Shown here one piece after another: positions 8,448 through 17,183 of a DNA stretch of 54,545 nt. Under the pieces are notes generated by a model. The model ran no database searches. It saw only the letters and a list, made by a program, of their open reading frames with translations, and had not been told where the DNA came from. A program made the translations under genes and the position numbers. The first letter of the stretch is position 1, and every line of letters starts with the position of its first letter. Source of the DNA: a virus (Duplodnaviria; Caudoviricetes); the IMG/VR virus record IMGVR_UViG_3300019881_000003, positions 1 through 54,545 of that record; one strand, written 5' to 3'.

Positions 8448-9782
8448 CTACACCGCCCGCAGCGGAGCCGGGGGCGGGGCCAGGGAGCGCATCCGGGCGT
8501 AATTCGGGGACCACTTCAACGACACATCCCCCACCGGGCCCTGCCGGTTCTTCGCCACCACCACCTGCCGCTCCCCTGGACGATCCGGGTCATCCCACAG
8601 CAGCAGCACCACATCCGGGTCCTGCTCAAGCGCACCCGACTCACGAAGATCGGCCAACACCGGGCGGGGACTCGAGCGTTTCTCCACCTCGCGGTTCAAC
8701 TGCGACATGCCCACCACCGGCACGTGCAGCTCCTTGCCCAACAGCTTCAGGCCGCGGGACAGTTCGGCGACCTGCTCCTGGCGCTGCACCTTGCTGTCCG
8801 CCGGCCGCATCAACTGCACGTAGTCGGCCGCCACCAGGCCCAGGCCACCCGACGCGCGGGTACGGTCCCGGGCCAGCGAACGCAGCCGGGCCAGCGACAG
8901 GTACGGGGTGTCCTCGATCCGCAACGGCACATCCCGCAACTGCATCGCCCAAAACCGCACCCGCTCCCAATCCTGGTCGGTCAGCTCGTGACGGGTCAGG
9001 TGGTCAAGCTCGACCGTCGCCAGGTCGGCGAGGATGCGGTCCATCACCTCGTCGCGGTGCATCTCCATCGACGCGAACAAGGCGCCCGTGCCAGCGCGGG
9101 CCACGTGCGTCACCCAGTTGATACCCATGACCGACTTGCCAACGGCGGGGCGGGCGGCGACCAGGCAGAAGTTGCCGGGCTTCAACCCGCCGGACAGCAT
9201 CCTGTCCAAGTCATGCCAGCCCGACGGCAGACCGGGCGCCACCGGCTCGGCGTAGCGCTCCAACGCCGCCGCCGCCAAGTCGGCGGCATCGGCACCCTCA
9301 TCGTTGCTGCGGTTGCGGTAGCCGGCGGTCGCGTCGTCGACCCACTTCCGCGCCTGGTCCAGCGCCTCGTCGAGATCCTCGCTACCGACCCCCGAATGGG
9401 CCAACTGGTGCAGCCGCGGTGCCATCGCCGCGACCTTCCGCAGCGCCGCTTTCCCGGAGATGATCCGTGCGTAGTGCTCGGCGTTGGTTGCGGTCGCGAC
9501 GCCGCTGTACAGGCCGTCAATCGCCTGGGTGCCGCCCGCCCGCTCGAACTGGCCGCGCTGCAGCAGCAGGTCGCCGACACTCACCGGGTCCGCCGCGATG
9601 CCATCCCGGTGCAGGGCGACGATCGCCGTGTAGATCACCTGGTGAGCCGGCCGGTAGAACACGTCGCCGTCGCCGAGCATGTCGACCACGTCGGCGATCG
9701 CATCAGCTGACCACAGCATCGCGCCCAGCACGGCGCGCTCGGCGGCGAGATCCTGCGGGGGCTGCCTGTCGTCGTCGGTCAC
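8448..9782 (-). CDS. dnaB: Replicative DNA helicase (DnaB family)
   Basis: PPQDLAAERAVLG N-domain, ARPAVGKS Walker A, DYVQLM, SQLNR, LADLRESGALEQD, KNRQGP. Confidence 0.97.
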   Translation of the reverse strand: MTDDDRQPPQDLAAERAVLGAMLWSADAIADVVDMLGDGDVFYRPAHQVIYTAIVALHRDGIAADPVSVGDLLLQRGQFERAGGTQAIDGLYSGVATATNAEHYARIISGKAALRKVAAMAPRLHQLAHSGVGSEDLDEALDQARKWVDDATAGYRNRSNDEGADAADLAAAALERYAEPVAPGLPSGWHDLDRMLSGGLKPGNFCLVAARPAVGKSVMGINWVTHVARAGTGALFASMEMHRDEVMDRILADLATVELDHLTRHELTDQDWERVRFWAMQLRDVPLRIEDTPYLSLARLRSLARDRTRASGGLGLVAADYVQLMRPADSKVQRQEQVAELSRGLKLLGKELHVPVVGMSQLNREVEKRSSPRPVLADLRESGALEQDPDVVLLLWDDPDRPGERQVVVAKNRQGPVGDVSLKWSPNYARMRSLAPPPAPLRAV

Positions 9783-10873
9783 GCCGAACCTGCTCTCTGC
9801 TGTTGACGTGCCAGTTGGGCCCGGGCCGCGTCGCGCCGCTCGACGAGACGCTGGGCGGTGGCCGACGCCTGCCACTCACGCCACGTCTGAAGGTCGCCGT
9901 CTTCCACCTCGGGTGTTGGCCGCGGCGGCGACATGTCGGGGCCGAGGAGTTCTTCGAGGACGCGGCGGGTCAGCATCTCGTCGGTGATCTGCGCAACCGG
10001 CATCGAACACGAGCCGTCCCGCTGGATTAGTGGGGTGACCACGCCGTTACGCCTGCGTCGTAGCGCGTCGTCGCACAGGTCGGGCAGCAGTCCGGGGGCG
10101 GCGTTGTCGCGGCGGTCCCATTCGACGAGCGCCTCGGACACCACATCGGCGGCCCAGCCGCCGGCGAGGAGCTTGGTGACGACCTTCCCGACCCGGATGT
10201 ATCGGTTCGGGGTGTAGGGGCGCTCGCCGTGGGTGGCCCGCCAGTGGCCGACGAGGACGTAGGCATCCTTCGATACGCCGGCCGAATCGGCGAGCTCCTG
10301 GATCTGGTCCCGGCCGTTGTTGTTGATGTTCCCTCGCGCGGGTGCACGCGTGTCCCGCGCGGGTGCGGGTGCGCGTACAGAGCCGCCGCCGTTCTTTATC
10401 TCTTGTTCAAGGGGTCCATCAGGCGGACGGGTACCGGTCCGCTCATCGGACTGGTCAGCGTTTTCGCTGGTCAGACTGGTCCGCTCATCGGACCGGTGGT
10501 ACCCGTCCGCTGGTCGGACCGGTCCGCTGGTCGGACGGGTACCGGTCCGCTGGTCGGACGGGTACCGGTCCGCTGGTCGGACGGGTCGGGCAACGTCTTC
10601 GGCCCACAGCAACTGGTAGTCGTTGGGTCGCTGGGAGCCGTTCTCACGGTGCTGCTTGCGGACCTCGACGTAGCCGCGGTCGACGAGCTTTTGGAGCGTG
10701 AGGTGAACGGTGGAGCGAGCGAGCTTCGCTTCGCGGGCGAGGGTCGCCCACGACGGCCCGGGTGAGATGAGGCCGTCGCGGTCCGCATGGGCGCCGGCGA
10801 GGATGCACAGCAACGCCCGTTCAGCTGTGCTGTCGACTTCGGTTTGGGCGGCCCACCGACTGAGCTTGCTCAC
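9779..10873 (-). CDS. Phage replication initiator (N-terminal wHTH, lambda O-like organisation)
   Basis: PSWATLAREAKLARSTVHLTLQKLVDRGYV HTH; internal iterons; directly upstream of dnaB. Confidence 0.85.
   Translation of the reverse strand: MSKLSRWAAQTEVDSTAERALLCILAGAHADRDGLISPGPSWATLAREAKLARSTVHLTLQKLVDRGYVEVRKQHRENGSQRPNDYQLLWAEDVARPVRPADRYPSDQRTGTRPTSGPVRPADGYHRSDERTSLTSENADQSDERTGTRPPDGPLEQEIKNGGGSVRAPAPARDTRAPARGNINNNGRDQIQELADSAGVSKDAYVLVGHWRATHGERPYTPNRYIRVGKVVTKLLAGGWAADVVSEALVEWDRRDNAAPGLLPDLCDDALRRRRNGVVTPLIQRDGSCSMPVAQITDEMLTRRVLEELLGPDMSPPRPTPEVEDGDLQTWREWQASATAQRLVERRDAARAQLARQQQRAGSA
10391..10582. repeat. Putative replication origin: seven GTCC-N7-GGAC iterons plus an AT-rich tract
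   Basis: Copies start at 10414, 10437, 10479, 10505, 10522, 10545 and 10568; GTTCTTTATCTCTTGTTCAA at 10391-10410. Confidence 0.8.
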
Positions 10874-10926
10874 GGGTCGGTCACGCTCCTTTCGATGGGT
10901 GGCCAAGCGGGTGGTCTGCGTGGGGC

Positions 10927-11136
10927 TTACGCGGCGGTCCGTCGGCGCCGCCCGCTGCGGTTCCAGGCGTGAAGCTGGTTCGCGTAGCGTTCGTTGGCGC
11001 CGGTGCGTCGTCGTTGGTTGCGGCGGTTGTGGTCGCGGTGCCGGCCGGGCGTCTGGTTGCCGCGGTTCGCGACCACGGTCCCGCCGAGGACGCCGAGCGC
11101 CACCGTGACGGTCACCTCGACGACGGCTGCGATCAC
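10927..11136 (-). CDS. Small membrane-anchored basic protein
   Basis: GTGA overlap; N-terminal hydrophobic segment. Confidence 0.5.
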   Translation of the reverse strand: MIAAVVEVTVTVALGVLGGTVVANRGNQTPGRHRDHNRRNQRRRTGANERYANQLHAWNRSGRRRRTAA

Positions 11137-11294
11137 GACGCCCCACCTTGCCGCTCCCGCTGGGCGCTGATGGGCGGGAGGGAGGTTTGCTCGGCGAGGA
11201 TGCGGTCGATCCGGCGGTTGGCTTGCCGGAGTGACGCAATGCTGTAGCCGATGGCCACACCCGCGGAGAGGGCGGCGAGGATGAGCCAGGCCAT
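11133..11294 (-). CDS. Small membrane protein (MAWLILAALS...)
   Basis: TGATG coupling with the MTase stop. Confidence 0.55.
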   Translation of the reverse strand: MAWLILAALSAGVAIGYSIASLRQANRRIDRILAEQTSLPPISAQRERQGGAS

Positions 11295-12061
11295 CAGGCG
11301 GCACCCCCGAACAGGTCCGGAACCGAAAGACGTCGGGCGGCTGCTTCACATCTGGCCTCGTCGGCTTCGATGGCGACCGACCGACGCCCAAGCTGACGGC
11401 CCGCCAGCGAGATTGAGCACGAACCAGCGAACGGGTCCAACAGGACACCACCGGGCGGGACCGCGTACTCGATCAGCGGGGCGATGACGGGGACCGGCTT
11501 CTGCGTGGCGTGGATACCACCCCGGATGCTCTGGTGCTTGATCACCGAGCGGACCATCCGCCGCCCGTCGTCCTCGTAGTGGTGCCCGCCTATTGCCCCC
11601 GTGTGCGGGGTCCTCGAGTCACGGGCGCGGGCGTGCTTGTCCGGGCCGTGGTACGCCTCGCGCGGCGCCTCGTGGTAGATGTCTGACCAGCGACCCTGGT
11701 AGAAGTGCGCACCCAGTTCGTGGACACACTTCAACCGGTCGCTGGCGAATCCGGTGCCGTTGTGCTTCTCCCACACCATCGTGTCGACCTCGAACTGGCC
11801 CACCATGTCGTGGGAGAGCTTCCAGCCCTTGAAGTCTTCGGCGTGATCCATGAACATGCGCAGCGCCCCGAAGCACCACAGGCCGTTGGTGTGCCCGGCG
11901 ACGAGCAGCGGCCAACCGTCGACCCATCGGTCCCAGTCGAGCGCGGTGACTCCGTAGGGTGGGTCGGTGATGCAGGCGTCGAACTCCCCGAGACCGACCA
12001 ACGCGTCTTCCATGCGCCCGTGGTAGAGCGTCACGAACGTGTCGGAGTAGTAGGGCGCCAT
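11294..12061 (-). CDS. DNA N6-adenine/N4-cytosine methyltransferase (beta class)
   Basis: TDPPY before HATQKP and LDPFAGS. Confidence 0.93.
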   Translation of the reverse strand: MAPYYSDTFVTLYHGRMEDALVGLGEFDACITDPPYGVTALDWDRWVDGWPLLVAGHTNGLWCFGALRMFMDHAEDFKGWKLSHDMVGQFEVDTMVWEKHNGTGFASDRLKCVHELGAHFYQGRWSDIYHEAPREAYHGPDKHARARDSRTPHTGAIGGHHYEDDGRRMVRSVIKHQSIRGGIHATQKPVPVIAPLIEYAVPPGGVLLDPFAGSCSISLAGRQLGRRSVAIEADEARCEAAARRLSVPDLFGGAA

Positions 12062-12062
12062 T

Positions 12063-12260
12063 TCACGCCACCTCGATGAGGTCGTAGCGGTTGTGGAGTT
12101 CGGTCCAGGTGGCGTGGTGCCAGCCGTCGGTGGTGTGGTAGCGGCAGTCGTCGCCGGGGCACCACACGCGCATCTGGTCGTCGCGAACGGTGGGCATGTC
12201 GCGGGGGTCGGGTGCGTTGCCGAGTCCGGCAACCAGCCACACCCGCACGTCGCCGCTCAC
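12063..12260 (-). CDS. Small hypothetical protein
   Basis: GTGA overlap, GAGG RBS. Confidence 0.55.
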   Translation of the reverse strand: MSGDVRVWLVAGLGNAPDPRDMPTVRDDQMRVWCPGDDCRYHTTDGWHHATWTELHNRYDLIEVA

Positions 12261-12400
12261 CGCGGCACCTCTACGTTCATGCGGGTCCAGAATTCGGCGT
12301 CCGCGTGCTTGAATGGAACGCTGTTGATGTCCATCTGCCACAGGTCGAACAGGGCCAGCAACTGGTCGGGCGTCAGTCGGTCGTCCTCATCGCCGTTCAC
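12257..12400 (-). CDS. Small hypothetical protein (VNGDEDDRL...)
   Basis: GTGA overlaps at both ends. Confidence 0.5.
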   Translation of the reverse strand: MNGDEDDRLTPDQLLALFDLWQMDINSVPFKHADAEFWTRMNVEVPR

Positions 12401-12858
12401 GTCGGCTCGCCGCTGTCGGGGAACGGGTCGAACACGGGCGGGATCGAAGTGACCTTCTTGTCGTGGTCGAACCTGGGCATGACGAGGACACGCGCCATGT
12501 TGCCGATGTAGGCGGCGAGCGGCTCACGGGGCTCGGAGAGTCCGATGCGGACGGAGCCGCAGCCGAGGTGTTTGGCGATCTTGTACCGGTCGGTGGCGGT
12601 GGCGACGAGTACGGGCTCGCCGTTGTGATGCCGGCGATGGCGACTTCGACGGCGTCGGTGGGCAGGAACACGGGCCTTGGGAGGTGGCCGTGTGCCCGGA
12701 GGTGGATCTGCGCGAGCATGGGTGTCGCCGTGCAGCAGGACACCCATCAGGCCGGGGTGATTGTACTCGTCGGCGGCCACGAGGGCGCCGCGGAGGACGG
12801 ATCGCAGCACCTCGGCGGGGGCGCTGATCGTGGCGACGGGGAGTTCGGTAGTGGTCAT
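12397..12858 (-). pseudogene. Sliding (beta) clamp-like gene, internally rearranged and probably shortened
   Basis: LVATATDRY and C-terminal VRIG..P....RVLVMP resemble DnaN motifs; a 93-bp block is read off-frame. Confidence 0.55.
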
Positions 12859-13742
12859 GACTTCTCCTCGGACTGCAGGTCGGCGGGAGCGTCGTTGTCG
12901 TGGGCGAGCTCACCGTCGAGGTCGGGGTGTTCGCCGTGCAGCATGCCGTCGGTGTCGGGGGACAGGTCCACCCGCACGGTCTCGTCAGCTTCGATCGCCG
13001 AGGCGATCTCGGTGGACTTGGGCATCCACTTCGCCAGCCGCAGGAACGTAGTTTTTACGGCCATGGCATCGAAGTCGTCGCGCCACGGGCCGACGAGCTT
13101 GCCTTCGCGGGTCTTGGCCATCGCGAACCGGTCGCGGTGCAACTCGACCTCGGCTTTGGACATGTGCCAGAACGCGTGCCCGCCCGACGTGTATTTGACG
13201 ATCGAGTAGTAGCCGACCGGCTCGCCGCGGTCGCCGTCGAGGCGCGGCTTGTGGACGAGGTTGTCGGCGAGGCCGTAGTCGACGTCGAACGTGTCGTTCT
13301 TGTGGACGGCGCGGCCGATGAGGGTGTCGATGAGTCCGGAGCGGTGGGCGAGTTCGCGGTAGCCCTGGTAGCCGATGATCAGCTGGGCGCGGTAGCCGCC
13401 GGTGCGGTTCTTGCCGTCGACGACGGTGGGCAGGTTCTTGTCCCAGAACGGCAGCAGCCACGCGTGGCCTAGGACGCCGGGTCGCAGCCCGAGTTGGGCG
13501 CAGGTCATGAGCCCGCCGAGGACGGAGGCGCGGTCGCAGGTGGCGAGGTTGCGGGTGGTGCGCAGCGCGGTGATCGCGTCCCGCACCAGCTGCGCGGCTT
13601 CCATCCCTCGGGGCATCGCCAGCTTGAACTGGTCTTGCATGGCCTGGATGGAGCCGGCGAGGGTGGGTGCGGGCCGGTCGATGTCGGTGCCGGGGACGGT
13701 GGTGTTGGCGGCGGCGACTCTGTCTGCCAGGTTGTTGCCCAT
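12855..13742 (-). CDS. recT: RecT-family single-strand annealing recombinase
   Basis: SVLGGLMTCAQLGL, AQLIIGYQGYRELAHRSG, PWRDDFDAMAVKT, PKSTE. Confidence 0.95.
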   Translation of the reverse strand: MGNNLADRVAAANTTVPGTDIDRPAPTLAGSIQAMQDQFKLAMPRGMEAAQLVRDAITALRTTRNLATCDRASVLGGLMTCAQLGLRPGVLGHAWLLPFWDKNLPTVVDGKNRTGGYRAQLIIGYQGYRELAHRSGLIDTLIGRAVHKNDTFDVDYGLADNLVHKPRLDGDRGEPVGYYSIVKYTSGGHAFWHMSKAEVELHRDRFAMAKTREGKLVGPWRDDFDAMAVKTTFLRLAKWMPKSTEIASAIEADETVRVDLSPDTDGMLHGEHPDLDGELAHDNDAPADLQSEEKS

Positions 13743-13758
13743 GGGGGTCCGCGCTCTC

Positions 13759-14808
13759 TTACTGGAAGTGGAGGCGCCGTTGCCGGTACGCCTTGTAGAT
13801 GTCGGGCTGCTCGACGCGGAACGCGTCGACGTTGAACTCGTCGGTCTTGACGGGCACCGTGTACTGCTCGACGAGGTCGGGGTGGTCGGCGGTGAGCCGG
13901 CCCATGTTGAGGGCTTCGATGTGGGTCCAGGTGGCGACGACCCGTTCCCCGGCGACGAGTCGTTCCCCGGATCCGATGAGCTGCCGCGCCCGGTTCTTGA
14001 TCTGCTCGTGTTCGCGGCGCGCCGTCTTCTCGGCGTTCGCGGCGCGTGTCTTCGCGTCGGCCAACTGGTCCGCGGTCTCGTCGTTGACCTGTATCTCGAC
14101 GCCGGGCTCGGGTTGGGGGTAGCGGGCGTTGAGGATGTCGGTGCATGCGGCGGTGCCGTCGGCGTCGGGTTCGATGCGTGGCTGGACGTGCCGGGTCCAG
14201 AACCGGTCGCTGATGGCGACGAGCTCGCCGATCAGGGTGTTGTCGCGGTCGACGTGCCGGTAGGTGTTGCGTTGGCCGCCGATGAGGACGGCGACCCACC
14301 AGCCGGCCAGGCCGGTGACGGCCATGCCCCATTGGGCTTGTAGTTCGGCGTGGTCGGCGGTTTGGCCGTGTGCCCATTCGTGGGCTTGCCACATGGAGCA
14401 GGTTTTGCCTTCGTAGCCGTCGCCGTCGGAGCACATGCCGTCGGGGTTGGCGAGCATCCACGGCCACCGTGTTGAGCGGAGTGTCCCGGCGGGTGTGACG
14501 GTGAGGTGTTGGGCGCGGGCGAACCGGTCGCGGACGACGGGTTCGAGTAGGAGCCCCATTTCGGCGGCTTCGGATTGTTCGTCGACGAGGGGGAGTTGCC
14601 CGGTTTTGTCGAGCCACAGTTCGTAGCGGGATGACCAACGGTTGAGGCCGACGAGGGTGGAGATGTCGCTGCCGCCGATGCCGGTGCGGCGGGCGGCGAG
14701 CCACAGTTGCCGGTTGGCGCGGGCTACGCCGGGCGGCAGGATCTGCACGGCGTTAGCGGGGTCGATCCCAGCGACTGGTGTGCCTGTGTCGGTGATGGTG
14801 GGGGCCAT
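13759..14808 (-). CDS. YqaJ-like viral recombinase exonuclease
   Basis: WLAARRTGIGGSD, G..LEP, ANPDG, EGKT, QAQW.M. Confidence 0.95.
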   Translation of the reverse strand: MAPTITDTGTPVAGIDPANAVQILPPGVARANRQLWLAARRTGIGGSDISTLVGLNRWSSRYELWLDKTGQLPLVDEQSEAAEMGLLLEPVVRDRFARAQHLTVTPAGTLRSTRWPWMLANPDGMCSDGDGYEGKTCSMWQAHEWAHGQTADHAELQAQWGMAVTGLAGWWVAVLIGGQRNTYRHVDRDNTLIGELVAISDRFWTRHVQPRIEPDADGTAACTDILNARYPQPEPGVEIQVNDETADQLADAKTRAANAEKTARREHEQIKNRARQLIGSGERLVAGERVVATWTHIEALNMGRLTADHPDLVEQYTVPVKTDEFNVDAFRVEQPDIYKAYRQRRLHFQ

Positions 14809-14811
14809 CGG

Positions 14812-14907
14812 TCAGGCCGCTTCGGGTCGCTGGTGCCAGGCTCGGAGCGGCACGGCGTCGGTCTTGGCGGTGGCGTGGAGGGCGAGGCAGTCGCGGCAGT
14901 CGCACAT
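14812..14907 (-). CDS. Very small Cys-containing protein
   Basis: MCDCRDC.., fills the operon gap exactly. Confidence 0.4.
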   Translation of the reverse strand: MCDCRDCLALHATAKTDAVPLRAWHQRPEAA

Positions 14908-14909
14908 GA

Positions 14910-15191
14910 TCACGCCGCACCGCTCTCGTCGTTGTCGCCCTCGTCGGTGGCGGTGTCGGCGTCACGGGGGGACGGCATGAGCACCGAGTAGGGGACACGC
15001 ATGGCGTCTGCCAACCGGCGGATGGAGTCCGTTGTTGGGTTGCGGCGACCGATTTCGTAGAGTCGCAGGGTCTCGGGGTTGAGCCCGGCGGCGTCCGCTA
15101 GCTTGGCGCGTGACCAGCCGTCGCGCTCGCGGAAGTGGATGAGTTCGAGCCAGCCGTGCGGCTCGGGGATGTCGGGTGTGGACGTCGGCAT
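14910..15191 (-). CDS. Cro-like XRE HTH regulator (leaderless)
   Basis: RERDGWSRAKLADAAGLNPETLRLYEIGRRNP; first gene of the early operon. Confidence 0.9.
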   Translation of the reverse strand: MPTSTPDIPEPHGWLELIHFRERDGWSRAKLADAAGLNPETLRLYEIGRRNPTTDSIRRLADAMRVPYSVLMPSPRDADTATDEGDNDESGAA

Positions 15192-15197
15192 GTGCCC

Positions 15198-15226
15198 AAC
15201 ATAATCCAACGGCGCGCGCCTGGCAA
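15198..15226 (-). promoter_or_regulatory. Early lytic promoter TTGCCA-N17-TATGTT, leaderless to ATG 15191
   Basis: Canonical spacing; GTTGG-N5-GTTGG overlaps the -10. Confidence 0.75.
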
Positions 15227-15295
15227 GACGGGTGTTGGTGTGGCGTGTCGCCGGGGGAGCCCCGCCGGTAACGTTCGTCTGTCACAATCCGATCC

Positions 15296-15961
15296 ATGGC
15301 GGAGCGGGACGTTGCGTGGCCTCTTGGTGAACTGATTCAGGAGGCCCGCAAAGCGCTGGGGTTGGGTGTCCGGCGCGCGGCGACCCGGGCCGGGATCGCC
15401 CCCACGACGTGGACCGCGATCGAGACCGGCAAGCGGATCAAAAAGGGCGGGGGGGCCCCGGAGCCCGCCGACCTGTCGAAACCGAGTGTGATCGCGGCGG
15501 CCCTGGTGGTCGGCGTCGACTACAAGCTGGCGCTGCAGCTGGCCGGGCTTGAGCCGCTGGGCGACGCAACCCAGCCGCCGGCGCCCGAACCCGAGCCCGT
15601 GGGCTGGCTCGAGTTGAAGACGATCCGCGAGCGTGACGGTTGGACTCGTGTGGCGCTCGCCGAGGCGGCCGGTCTGCATCCGGAGACGCTGCGCCTGTAT
15701 GAAAACGGGCAGCGGAACCCGGCGGCGGCGACGGTCCGCAAGATCGCGGACGTGCTGCGTGTGCCGTATTCGGTGTTGGAGCCTTCGCCGCGCGGGGCGG
15801 CGCCGGTGGAGGCGCCTGTCGTGCCGCCGCGGCGGCGTGCGCGCATGAGCGCTCCGAGCGCCGGGCGCCGGCACGCGGTGATGTCTCACGAGTCCAGGCA
15901 TGACGAAGAGGCCGCGACCCCGGTGGTCCCGGAGTCGCGGCGCGCGGAGAGCCGAACCTAG
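15296..15961 (+). CDS. Immunity repressor with two XRE HTH domains
   Basis: N-terminal actinophage CI-like HTH plus a C-terminal Cro-paralogous HTH; divergent from cro. Confidence 0.85.
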   Translation: MAERDVAWPLGELIQEARKALGLGVRRAATRAGIAPTTWTAIETGKRIKKGGGAPEPADLSKPSVIAAALVVGVDYKLALQLAGLEPLGDATQPPAPEPEPVGWLELKTIRERDGWTRVALAEAAGLHPETLRLYENGQRNPAAATVRKIADVLRVPYSVLEPSPRGAAPVEAPVVPPRRRARMSAPSAGRRHAVMSHESRHDEEAATPVVPESRRAESRT

Positions 15962-16213
15962 TTATTTGCCGCGGTGGATGTCCCGCCACGCCTTGTTGAT
16001 CAACCCGAGTTCGAGGGTGGGGGAGATGCCGGTGACGGGGTAGGCCCTGCCATCATTGTGGTCGATCTTGCCGTCGCGGCGTAGCCGTTCGGTGCAGAAC
16101 ACGAGTACGGCGCCGGTGACGACTTCGTCGGGGTCGAGCCCGGCGTCGGCGGCGAGCCACCGGAGGAGCTGCGCGCGGAATGTGTCGATGGCGCTTCGGT
16201 CGGTGTCGGCCAT
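15962..16213 (-). CDS. Hypothetical protein
   Basis: GAGGGG RBS, ATG start. Confidence 0.7.
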   Translation of the reverse strand: MADTDRSAIDTFRAQLLRWLAADAGLDPDEVVTGAVLVFCTERLRRDGKIDHNDGRAYPVTGISPTLELGLINKAWRDIHRGK

Positions 16214-16333
16214 GGTCGTTCCCCTCAGTCGAAGCCCTGTGCGGCGTGGGCTCGGGTCGTGATCGACTGTTAGCGCCAAACGATCTAACGACGTAATTCG
16301 TCGGCGGTAACGTGCGCATCTGGGTGAACGGTC

Positions 16334-16347
16334 GCTAGACCTCTATC
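16334..16347. promoter_or_regulatory. GCTAGA-N2-TCTA(T)C box (putative PadR operator) in a divergent intergenic region
   Basis: GCTAGACCTCTATC, one mismatch to the 24109/26394 consensus. Confidence 0.5.
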
Positions 16348-16455
16348 ACCGAGAGTTTGCCCAGTGCGCAATCGGCGGGTTTCGCAGCGCGGGCTTGTGC
16401 GGTGGCTAGTCACATGCTTACTGTCAACAGACTGACTAGCCCCCTGGAGGCTGCC

Positions 16456-16644
16456 GTGAAGCATCGCTTGTCTGTTGCCGCCGACTGCAAGAACGAGAAC
16501 TGCCCGGCCGTGTGGGCCGACACCGAGGACCCCGAGCACCTGACCATCGTCGGCGTACCCGCGCCGGACGCCGCTGGTGTCGGATCCGGCGAGATCGCCA
16601 TCCGCGTCCCGCGTCAGGTCATCGCCGACGCCCACATCGCCTGA
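16456..16644 (+). CDS. Small Cys-containing protein of the DUF6879/XRE-DUF5753 trio
   Basis: CKNENCPAVW..GEIAIRVPR; GGAGG RBS. Confidence 0.7.
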   Translation: MKHRLSVAADCKNENCPAVWADTEDPEHLTIVGVPAPDAAGVGSGEIAIRVPRQVIADAHIA

Positions 16645-16664
16645 CCCGGAGAGGACGCAGCACC

Positions 16665-17183
16665 ATGGGCGCCACCATCGACATCGGACGGCTCGCCGAC
16701 CGTGCCGCCACCATGTTCCGGCTCGAAACCCTGCCTACCTACCTGGTGGAGGAGGAGGCCGCGGACTTCGCCGCGTGGCGTGCCGGCGACCGCATCCTCA
16801 CTTCCGAGGCGGATGCGTGGCTACAGAAGATCCGGGTCACCACGGCGGCTGGCGCTCGCTGGTCCCGCGTGAGAATCCTGGACTACCCGCTCACCGAGTA
16901 CAGCGAGTTCGAGCTGTACGGCTACCAGGCCAACCAGCGCGCAGGTGAACGCATCTATGTCGCCGACCGCGCCTGGTCCCCCGAGCTCGAGAGCCTGCGC
17001 GACGACTTCTGGATTGTCGACCACGTCGTCATCCGCATGGTGTACGACCCGGTTGGGCGGTTCGTGCGCGCCGAGGAGCCGCCCGACCCCGAGCGCTTCC
17101 ACGGAGTGCGCGCGGTCGTCCTGCGCCACTCCGTGCCGTTGGCCGAGTTTCTGGCCGACCGCGAGCCGCGGTTGATCGCATGA
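16665..17183 (+). CDS. DUF6879-like protein
   Basis: FRLETLPTY, RVRILDYPLTEY, GERI, DFW motifs. Confidence 0.8.
   Translation: MGATIDIGRLADRAATMFRLETLPTYLVEEEAADFAAWRAGDRILTSEADAWLQKIRVTTAAGARWSRVRILDYPLTEYSEFELYGYQANQRAGERIYVADRAWSPELESLRDDFWIVDHVVIRMVYDPVGRFVRAEEPPDPERFHGVRAVVLRHSVPLAEFLADREPRLIA

Noticed and set aside
10414-10582. CRISPR-like repeat array
   Set aside because: Units are 15 bp with mostly short, repetitive linkers, lie inside a CDS, and no cas genes are present; iterons fit better
3319-12061. Restriction-modification system
   Set aside because: No endonuclease or specificity subunit is recognisable
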